Shown here: positions 6,581 through 12,720 of the stretch, piece by piece
Numbering within the stretch: position 1 is the first letter of the stretch
Layout: each line of letters opens with the position of its first letter
Virus record (IMG/VR): IMGVR_UViG_2690316152_000008
Coordinates: 1 to 12,720 of that record
Source: a virus
Taxonomy: Duplodnaviria > Heunggongvirae > Uroviricota > Caudoviricetes
Reading direction: 5' to 3' (one strand)
Length of the DNA: 12,720 nt
Notes under the pieces: model-generated
Told to the model about the DNA's origin: nothing
What the model saw: only the letters and a program-made list of their open reading frames with translations
The model's database searches: none
Made by a program: the position numbers and the translations under genes

Positions 6581-8846
6581 AGCCTCCGGGCGTTTTGTCC
6601 CTCCGTCAGCATTTGCCGCAGGCACCGGTGAGACGTTTACCGGTGCTTATGCATGGAACGCGCCACGCGAGGCCGTCGGGCGAGAAAGACCTCTTACACG
6701 TGACGAGATGCGTCAGGTGCAAGGTGTTTTATCCACGATTAACCGCCTGCCTTACTTTTTGCGCTCGCTGTTTACTTCACGCTATGACTACATCCGGAGC
6801 AATAAAAGTCCGGTACACGGGTTTTATTTCCTCACATCCACTTTTCAGCGTCGTTTATGGCCGCGTATTGAGCGTGTGAATCAGCGCCATGAAATGAACA
6901 CCGACGCGTCGTTGCTGTTTCTGGCAGAGCGTGACCACTATGCGCGCCTGCCAGGAATGAATGACAAGGAGCTGAAAAAGTTTGCCGCCCGTATCTCATC
7001 GCAGCTTTTCATGATGTATGAGGAACTCTGCGATGCCTGGGTGGATGCGCATGGCGAAAAAGAATCGCTGTTTACGGATGAGGCGCAGGCTCACCTGTAT
7101 GGTCATGTTGCTGGCGCTGCACGTGCTTTCAATATTTCCCCTCTCTACTGGAAAAAATACCGTAAAGGACAGATGACCACGAGGCAGGCATATTCTGCCA
7201 TTGCCCGCCTGTTTAACGATGAGTGGTGGATTAGTCAGCTTAAAGGCCAGCGTATGCGCTGGCATGAGGCGTTACTGATTGCTGTCGGGGAGGTCAATAA
7301 AGACCGTTCACCTTATGCCAGTAAACATGCCATTCGTGATGTGCGTGCGCGCCGCCAGGCAAATCTGGAATTTCTTAAATCGTGTGACCTTGAAAACAGG
7401 GAAACCGGCGAGCGCATCGACCTTATCAGTAAGGTGATGGGCAGTATTTCTAATCCTGAAATTCGCCGGATGGAGCTGATGAACACCATTGCCGGTATTG
7501 AGCGTTACGCCGCATCAGAGGGTGATGTGGGGATGTTTATCACGCTTACCGCGCCGTCAAAGTATCACCCGACACGTCAGGTTGGAAAAGGCGAAAATAA
7601 AACCGTCCAGCTTAATCACGGCTGGAATGATGAGGCATTTAATCCAAAGGATGCGCAGCGTTATCTCTGTCGTATCTGGAGCCTGATGCGCACGGCATTC
7701 AAGGATAATGATTTACAGGTCTACGGTTTGCGAGTCGTCGAGCCACACCACGACGGAACGCCGCACTGGCATATGATGCTTTTTTGTAATCTACGCCAGC
7801 GTAACCAGATTATCGAAATCATGCGTCGCTATGCGCTCAAAGAGGATGGCGACGAAAGAGGAGCCGCGCGAAACCGTTTTCAGGCAAAACACCTTAACCG
7901 GGGCGGTGCTGCGGGATATATCGCGAAATACATTTCAAAAAATATCGACGGCTATGCACTGGATGGTCAGCTCGATAACGATACCGGCAGACCGCTGAAA
8001 GATACTGCGGCGGCTGTTACCGCATGGGCGTCAACGTGGCGCATCCCGCAATTTAAAACGGTTGGCCTGCCGACAATGGGAGCTTACCGTGAGCTACGTA
8101 AATTGCCTCGCGGCGTCAGCATTGCTGATGAATTTGACGAACGCGTGGAGGCTGCACGCGCCGCCGCAGACAGTGGCGATTTTGCGCTGTATATCAGCGC
8201 GCAGGGCGGGGCAAATGTCCCGCGCGATTGTCAGACTGTCAGGGTCGCTCGTAGCCCGTCGGATGACGTTAACGAATACGAGGAAGAAGTCGAGAGAGTG
8301 GTCGGCATTTACGCGCCGCATCTCGGCGCGCGTCATATTCATATCACCAGAACGACGGACTGGCGCATTGTGCCGAAAGTTCCGGTCGTTGAGCCTTTGA
8401 CTTTAAAAAGCGGCATCGCCGCGCCTCGGAGTCCTGTCAATAACTGTGGAAAGCTCACCGGCGGTAATACTTCGTTACCGGCTCCCTCGCCTTCTGAGCA
8501 CGCCGCAGCAGTGCTTAATCTGGTTGATGACGGTGTTATCGAATGGAATGACCCGGAGGTCGTGAGGACGCTCAGGGGTGCATTAAAGCACGGCCTGAAA
8601 ATACCAAATCGTCAGCAAAGAAACGGAAGCCCGTTAAAACCACATGAAATAGCACCGTCGGCCAGGCTGACCCGGTCGGAACGATTGCAAATTACCCGTA
8701 TCCGCGTTGATCTCGCTCAGAACGGTATCAGGCCGCAACGATGGGAGCTTGAGGCGCTGGCGCGTGGCGCGACCGTAAATTATGACGGGAAACCTTTCAC
8801 TTATCAGGTCGCTGATGATTGGCCGGGATTTTTGTTACCCATTTGA
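6570..8846 (+). CDS. A: Rolling-circle replication initiator endonuclease, P2 gpA family (758 aa from ATG 6570)
   Basis: Translation contains an HUH-type motif (TPHWHMMLF) and paired tyrosines spaced by 3 residues (GYIAKYISK), the hallmarks of RCR initiators of the P2 A type; large size; last gene of the early operon. The track start at 6528 is a TTG; in-frame ATG 6570 gives a P2-A-like length. Confidence 0.9.
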   Translation: MAVKASGRFVPPSAFAAGTGETFTGAYAWNAPREAVGRERPLTRDEMRQVQGVLSTINRLPYFLRSLFTSRYDYIRSNKSPVHGFYFLTSTFQRRLWPRIERVNQRHEMNTDASLLFLAERDHYARLPGMNDKELKKFAARISSQLFMMYEELCDAWVDAHGEKESLFTDEAQAHLYGHVAGAARAFNISPLYWKKYRKGQMTTRQAYSAIARLFNDEWWISQLKGQRMRWHEALLIAVGEVNKDRSPYASKHAIRDVRARRQANLEFLKSCDLENRETGERIDLISKVMGSISNPEIRRMELMNTIAGIERYAASEGDVGMFITLTAPSKYHPTRQVGKGENKTVQLNHGWNDEAFNPKDAQRYLCRIWSLMRTAFKDNDLQVYGLRVVEPHHDGTPHWHMMLFCNLRQRNQIIEIMRRYALKEDGDERGAARNRFQAKHLNRGGAAGYIAKYISKNIDGYALDGQLDNDTGRPLKDTAAAVTAWASTWRIPQFKTVGLPTMGAYRELRKLPRGVSIADEFDERVEAARAAADSGDFALYISAQGGANVPRDCQTVRVARSPSDDVNEYEEEVERVVGIYAPHLGARHIHITRTTDWRIVPKVPVVEPLTLKSGIAAPRSPVNNCGKLTGGNTSLPAPSPSEHAAAVLNLVDDGVIEWNDPEVVRTLRGALKHGLKIPNRQQRNGSPLKPHEIAPSARLTRSERLQITRIRVDLAQNGIRPQRWELEALARGATVNYDGKPFTYQVADDWPGFLLPI

Positions 8847-9106
8847 GTAAAAATACAGCGTGATTTTATATGTCTTTGAATGGATTATGCGAAGCACCTC
8901 TAAGGTAGATGAGGAGCAATAGCGTGTTGAATCAGAAGGCTAAATTGTATTGAATCGTTAGCATGTAATTGAAGGCAGCTATTTGATTCGAGTCATAAAA
9001 GAGCATCTATTTCGGTTAATAAAACCATTGCGAGTGACTTTATGTCGAAGCATAATTCATCTCGAGCGAAGTCTTGCTAGTCTTTCATCGGATTGATGAC
9101 GGGCGC

Positions 9107-9136
9107 AAAAAAACCACCCTGGCAGGTGGTTTTTTT
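9107..9136. terminator. Bidirectional rho-independent terminator
   Basis: A7 (9107-9113), stem ACCACC / GGTGGT (9113-9118 / 9125-9130) with loop CTGGCA, then T7 (9130-9136). Works for the plus-strand early transcript and for the minus-strand small ORF. Confidence 0.7.
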
Positions 9137-9148
9137 GTTTGAAGCATA

Positions 9149-9262
9149 CTAAAGAAAAATACTTACATGGATATTACTGACGTTTACTGACAAACCACTC
9201 GGACTACCATATGGATAGCCAAAGAGGGCCAGAACGAGAATGCAGTAATAGCACTTCTTCAT
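9149..9262 (-). CDS. Small hydrophobic protein, 37 aa (MKKCYYCILVLALFGYPYGSPSGLSVNVSNIHVSIFL); candidate small membrane peptide
   Basis: Not in the ORF track (<60 aa). Perfect AGGAGG (plus 9267-9272) 4 nt upstream of ATG 9262..9260; stop TAG at 9151..9149; the bidirectional terminator follows 13 nt downstream. No homology claimed. Confidence 0.3.
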   Translation of the reverse strand: MKKCYYCILVLALFGYPYGSPSGLSVNVSNIHVSIFL

Positions 9263-9918
9263 ATCGCCTCCTGTAAGCAGAGGGCAATTTCCGCCGATAT
9301 ATGCGCTTCTAAGGCGGAGTGACTATTGAGCGAAGTCTTGCCCTGAAATAATGCTCTGTTTAAACGCAAAGTGATCTGGCATATCACCGAACAGAGGACC
9401 TGAACAACACAATATATAGTATGTCGTTGTTTCTGGTTGCATTTTATGTTGTGTAATACTGGTTTTGCATCAAGGATGTTTGAGCTTTTTTTGATATAGC
9501 TCAAAGTAAAAAGCAGAGACTACGGATGATAAGGTCTTGAAAGCAATGTAAATTTTTTAAAGTTGTGAGTGGCTAGAAATGCACAGTTTCAATATGGCGG
9601 ATTTAAACAAGTAATTAAAAATAGCGCCATAAATTCCAATAAAATCATTATGTTGCGTTTTCTGTGGAAGCTGCGGTGACTCTGAAATTTTCTTTTAGTG
9701 TCGCTGAGGTTTAACAACTCGCTGCGCAAGTAGTTAGTGTTTTTTTAACTCAATGTTCTGATTTATAAGGTTTTTTATAAATCGTGGGCTGATTGCGCGT
9801 ATTCATCTCGTGTTATCAGCAAAGATAAGCGCTATATGCAGAACTGAATGCATATATGATGTCGAAAATGTTATGGGAAAACGTGGATTAGTGTTATAGT
9901 AATGGCTGAAAAACAGCC

Positions 9919-9947
9919 TTGACATAAAATAACAACTGTGATATGGC
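9919..9947 (+). promoter_or_regulatory. Candidate sigma-70 promoter for the ImmA-like gene
   Basis: Perfect -35 TTGACA at 9919-9924; weak -10 candidates ATATGG / TATGGC at 9941-9947 (16-17 bp spacer); 37-45 nt upstream of the ATG. Confidence 0.4.
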
Positions 9948-9983
9948 TGTGCATACTTAACTTTTTTAACGTAGGAGGCAACC

Positions 9984-10469
9984 ATGAGCTATGCAGCTAA
10001 AAAACTGCTTGACCGCTATTGGGATCGCCGACTACCTGTCGATCCGTTTAAGCTTGCTAAAGCGTGGGGTGCTCGTGTTGAAGCACTTGAGGAATCGGCT
10101 TATAACAACGATGGGTTAAGCGGTCTGGCTGTCATCAAAAAGGGTGTCCATAGGATTTATTTTGATTCTAGTGAACATTCTAATCGTCAACGTTTTACTG
10201 TTGCACACGAGTTAGGTCATCATGTGCTGGGGCATACCCAGGACGGAGAGTACCATCGGGATAATGTCGGGAATTATTCAACAGGTGCTCGTGATTACCG
10301 TGAGGTTGAAGCAAACAAGTTTGCTGCTGAGTTGTTAATGCCTGAGTCTGCTATACGTCAATTGGTATCCAGAGAAGGTATTGATAGCACTTTGAGATTA
10401 GCAAGCATCTTTAATGTATCAGAAGCCGCTATGCATTGGCGCTTAAAGAGCTTAGGAATGGCTTATTAA
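9984..10469 (+). CDS. ImmA/IrrE-family (peptidase M78 / COG2856-like) zinc metallopeptidase, 161 aa
   Basis: HEXXH motif in TVAHELGHHVLGH with a downstream Glu-rich segment (EVEANKFAAELLMPE), typical of ImmA/IrrE-type proteases; AGGAGG at 9973-9978, 5 nt before the ATG. No adjacent HTH partner gene. Confidence 0.85.
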   Translation: MSYAAKKLLDRYWDRRLPVDPFKLAKAWGARVEALEESAYNNDGLSGLAVIKKGVHRIYFDSSEHSNRQRFTVAHELGHHVLGHTQDGEYHRDNVGNYSTGARDYREVEANKFAAELLMPESAIRQLVSREGIDSTLRLASIFNVSEAAMHWRLKSLGMAY

Positions 10470-10497
10470 TTAGCCTTTAACTTTTAACCTGTTTAAA

Positions 10498-10535
10498 ATC
10501 ACCTTTACGTTTGTACATGTAAGGGTGATTTTTTT
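10498..10535 (+). terminator. Strong hairpin plus T-run between the peptidase and membrane-protein genes; terminator/attenuator that also sequesters the downstream SD
   Basis: Stem ATCACCTTTA (10498-10507) pairs with TAAGGGTGAT (10520-10529), 10 bp with one G.U, 12-nt loop, then T6 (10530-10535) directly abutting ATG 10536. The right arm TAAGGGTGAT is itself the SD-like sequence of the next gene. Confidence 0.55.
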
Positions 10536-11135
10536 ATGGCTGATATTGATTTATCTGGACAGTCCCCAGAGCAAGGAACCACTCCTAAGGGCGATTTAGA
10601 TCCTGATATCCTTATAAGGCGAGATAGACGGGATGGTATAGAGCGTAGAAGTATGCGATTAGTGCTCTCTGCCGTTGTGCTTTGTTTTGCTTGTACATTT
10701 CTATGGCAGGGGCTTAACTTTGCTTTGGCTGTTGGAAATGGCTTGCTGGAAGCGAAAAGCAGTATTGCCACAGCGATAACACAAAAAGTAGATGCACAAA
10801 CTTGTGTTTCAGCAGAAAAATGTTCTGCTTTATCTGCGGATCCGAAGATGGCTGATGAGAGGATAACACCATCTTCAGACACTAATAAAGTTAGAAAATC
10901 TATTTCTGGTTTATCCACCGATTGGTTATCGGCCAGTTCTCTAATAGCTATTGTTGCATTCATCCTTGGTGTGGGTTTAACTTTGCTTTTGACTCTTCTT
11001 AAATCAGCATTTCAACACCCGACAGATAAAGACTTTAGAACAAAGTCGACATCTAATACTATTGAGTTGGCCACGCCAATCAGTGAATTAATAATTGGTG
11101 TTCTGAATATAATTAAAGACAAACTATCTAAGTAA
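10536..11135 (+). CDS. Two-transmembrane-segment membrane protein of unknown function (199 aa)
   Basis: Charged N-terminus (RRDRRDGIERR) followed by hydrophobic helices LVLSAVVLCFACTFLWQGLNFALAV and LIAIVAFILGVGLTLLLTLL; ends at a convergent terminator. Overlapping minus-strand ORF 10505..10963 judged spurious. Confidence 0.7.
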   Translation: MADIDLSGQSPEQGTTPKGDLDPDILIRRDRRDGIERRSMRLVLSAVVLCFACTFLWQGLNFALAVGNGLLEAKSSIATAITQKVDAQTCVSAEKCSALSADPKMADERITPSSDTNKVRKSISGLSTDWLSASSLIAIVAFILGVGLTLLLTLLKSAFQHPTDKDFRTKSTSNTIELATPISELIIGVLNIIKDKLSK

Positions 11136-11176
11136 AGCATTAGTTGTGATTTTTTATTGGTTTTAGTGATAATACA

Positions 11177-11210
11177 TCTCCAGTACTTATTGTTACTGGA
11201 GAGTATTTTT
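11177..11210. terminator. Convergent terminator hairpin between the membrane-protein gene and the 313-aa gene
   Basis: 9-bp stem TCTCCAGTA / TACTGGAGA (11177-11185 / 11194-11202), 8-nt loop, followed by GTATTTTT on the plus strand; 16 nt from the minus-strand gene stop. Confidence 0.55.
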
Positions 11211-11217
11211 AGTCGTT

Positions 11218-12159
11218 TTATATTTTTAATGTTAGTGAATGATATTCACGAGAGTTCACGTTCGATGTGATGTAATCGGGGGCGTTAACACCAAGAATCG
11301 CAACGAGCAATCGGCAAATTAAAGCCTGCATTTGTTGTAATATGTCATCTCCATATTGATAATTGTTAATAGTGGTAAAGCCAAGTGGTTGACCATGAAA
11401 CATAGCTTCATGAAAGTTTTCATTGCGGATGTTTGTAATGTTTTTTTTGCCTGTAACCCATGATGGTCGTGGTATGCCATAAGTTTTGCAGATCCACTTC
11501 AAGCGCCTGGAGTGATTTAGAGTCTTTTCTGTACACTTGTTCTTTTCTGCCCATGTTAAAGCAAAGCAACTATCCAGTGCCATATAAAGATACTGGAATT
11601 TTTCGAAGCTAAGGTATTGTGGGTTTTGGGATAAAAATAGTGCATGCACTATTGCTGCGATATTTATTGGTGCGTGTTTGGTTTTTTTCTCGCTAGACAT
11701 GTATTTGAGTGCTAATTCTATAACCTCTTTTTCAGAGCACTTGACCAGAATAAAGTCAGTTAATTTGCTGGGTTTTATTGGGGTTGCGTCTAAAAAACCG
11801 GCATCAGTAGTTGTTAATCTTATCCCTTTGAAAAAAGACAGACACCACACAGCAAAATTGAGAGTTTCTAGTGAAGATGTATTTTTTAATTTTAGTGAGT
11901 GTGTTTTGGGTAAGCCAAATACTCGTTGGCTAAAAGGCATTGTGGATATGCCTCCATTGAGGTTATATACTTCTTGGTTTCCTGGGTATATCCAACCGTT
12001 AATAACATTTCTGTGATTGTTTATAAGATTTGTTTTTTCCGCTAGACCGGGTAAAGTAAGTAAAGAAAAATCATCAGTTTCAACGTTAACGTCTACTGGA
12101 TAGTATCCAAACTCAGCTTCAATATCATTGGATTGCTGTTCGTCAACTTTACCTTGCAT
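11218..12159 (-). CDS. 313-aa protein of unknown function with a C-terminal R-N-x3-H (HEPN-like) motif; candidate abortive-infection effector
   Basis: Long AT-rich ORF; GGAG 6 nt upstream of ATG 12159..12157; motif IRNENFHEAMFHG near the C-terminus matches the HEPN R-[NHQ]-x3-H signature. Family not recognised. Confidence 0.8.
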   Translation of the reverse strand: MQGKVDEQQSNDIEAEFGYYPVDVNVETDDFSLLTLPGLAEKTNLINNHRNVINGWIYPGNQEVYNLNGGISTMPFSQRVFGLPKTHSLKLKNTSSLETLNFAVWCLSFFKGIRLTTTDAGFLDATPIKPSKLTDFILVKCSEKEVIELALKYMSSEKKTKHAPINIAAIVHALFLSQNPQYLSFEKFQYLYMALDSCFALTWAEKNKCTEKTLNHSRRLKWICKTYGIPRPSWVTGKKNITNIRNENFHEAMFHGQPLGFTTINNYQYGDDILQQMQALICRLLVAILGVNAPDYITSNVNSREYHSLTLKI

Positions 12160-12186
12160 ACATTGCTCCGGTCAAAAATAGGCTAG

Positions 12187-12216
12187 ATAATTCTCGTAAG
12201 CCTATCATGTTCGCAA
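12187..12216 (-). promoter_or_regulatory. Candidate promoter for the 313-aa gene
   Basis: Minus-strand TTGCGA (plus 12216..12211) and AATTAT (plus 12192..12187) with 18-bp spacer, about 30 nt upstream of the start codon; weak match. Confidence 0.3.
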
Positions 12217-12396
12217 AGTATCCATACCTGTGGATTTTGTAAATTTAAGTTGATTTGTCATTAAATAAGCCGTGCATGCAACAAGTGAATGTTTTTGCAT
12301 GCGTCGGGGATGCCCGTTCCGGCTGCTTGCGGTCAGAGCTGGTGCGGATCCATAGTATCTAAGCAACTGCATTAAAACCGCCCTATGAAGCGGGCG

Positions 12397-12415
12397 GGCG
12401 AGGCGGGGAAAGCAC
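12397..12415. other. P2/186/P4-type cos site (19-nt cohesive-end sequence GGCGAGGCGGGGAAAGCAC)
   Basis: Exact 19-mer at 12397-12415, embedded in a GC-rich region with GGTGCGG-type repeats, between the accessory island and the portal-like gene. Confidence 0.8.
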
Positions 12416-12556
12416 TGCGCGCTGGCGGTGGTGCGGATTTTATTTTTTCAGCGTCTGAGCGCGTCGTGACGGCGTTTAGTCTGCCCGTTGGGGGTTGGTG
12501 TGTCTGCGGGATGTTTTGTGCGGTGGTGAGCGTGTGAGGGCGTGATGACGGGGTGT

Positions 12557-12578
12557 AAAAAAGCCGCCCGCAGGCGGC
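12557..12578 (-). terminator. Rho-independent terminator of the portal-like gene
   Basis: On the minus strand GCCGCC-TGCG-GGCGGC followed by T6 (plus A6 at 12557-12562), 5 nt after the stop codon. Confidence 0.7.
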
Positions 12579-12583
12579 GATGT

Positions 12584-12720
12584 TCAGCCGTTGTCTGTGT
12601 CCAGTGAGTAGTTTTTAAAGCGGATAACCTCCTGACCGAGCCAGCCGTTTATTTCCCGAATCCTGTCCTGTAACGGGATAAGCTCATTGCGGACAAAGAC
12701 CTTTGCCACTTTCTCAATAT
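12584..12720 (-). CDS. 3' end of a capsid portal-like gene (P2 Q position), continuing beyond the window
   Basis: Open frame from the window edge to stop TGA (plus 12584-12586), C-terminus ...RIREINGWLGQEVIRFKNYSLDTDNG; its 3' end faces cos as P2 Q does. Assignment by synteny only. Confidence 0.55.
   Translation of the reverse strand, partial: IEKVAKVFVRNELIPLQDRIREINGWLGQEVIRFKNYSLDTDNG

Noticed and set aside
6547-8400. ORFs nested in gene A (6547..6879, 6996..7265, 7489..7686, 8062..8400, 8094..8342)
   Set aside because: Alternate-frame or antisense shadows of the 758-aa RCR initiator gene.
9259-9504. 81-aa minus-strand ORF
   Set aside because: Initiates at TTG with no SD and has no internal ATG; composition is not protein-like. 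Retained only as a possible upstream coupling frame for the 37-aa ORF.
9700-9746. T7 run at 9740-9746 as a possible terminator
   Set aside because: No stable GC-rich stem could be formed immediately upstream; probably just AT-rich sequence.
9803-9985. 60-aa minus-strand ORF antisense to the peptidase promoter and start
   Set aside because: Begins exactly antisense to the peptidase ATG, lies over the candidate promoter, and has no SD.
10505-10963. 152-aa minus-strand ORF overlapping the membrane protein gene
   Set aside because: The plus-strand frame encodes a coherent 2-TM protein with a start context and terminator; the minus frame has no SD.
11678-12016. 112-aa plus-strand ORF inside the 313-aa gene
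   Set aside because: Antisense shadow ORF within a longer, better-supported minus-strand gene.
1-12720. Scan for CRISPR arrays, tRNA/tmRNA genes, IS elements with terminal inverted repeats, and toxIN-like tandem repeats
   Set aside because: No regularly spaced direct repeats, no tRNA-like conserved arms, no transposase-like ORFs and no tandem repeat arrays were found by eye.

Overview
The window holds two things. Positions 1-2952 are a chromosomal enterobacterial envelope-stress locus: cpxA and cpxR on the minus strand, a divergent promoter region with a CpxR box, cpxP on the plus strand, and REP elements and terminators. From about 2953 to the window end is the left arm of a P2-like prophage, inserted just downstream of the cpxP terminator. 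It carries a tyrosine integrase interrupted by a single in-frame amber codon, a C-type repressor, a switch region with TATATA-core palindromes, cox, a tightly coupled early operon (B-like, TraR/DksA-like zinc finger, rolling-circle initiator A), a 19-nt P2/P4-type cos site, and the 3' end of a portal-like gene. Between gene A and cos (8847-12396) lies a visibly AT-rich 3.5 kb accessory island, in the position where P2 carries tin/old. Its cargo is the best candidate for an undescribed system: an orphan ImmA/IrrE-type HEXXH metallopeptidase with its own promoter; a 2-TM membrane protein whose Shine-Dalgarno is buried in a terminator-like hairpin; a convergent 313-aa protein with an R-N-x3-H (HEPN-like) motif; and a 37-aa hydrophobic small ORF with a perfect SD and a bidirectional terminator, flanked by 14-bp direct repeats. 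All homology statements are from reading the translations and from recalled family knowledge; no database search was run. No tRNA, rRNA or CRISPR array was seen.
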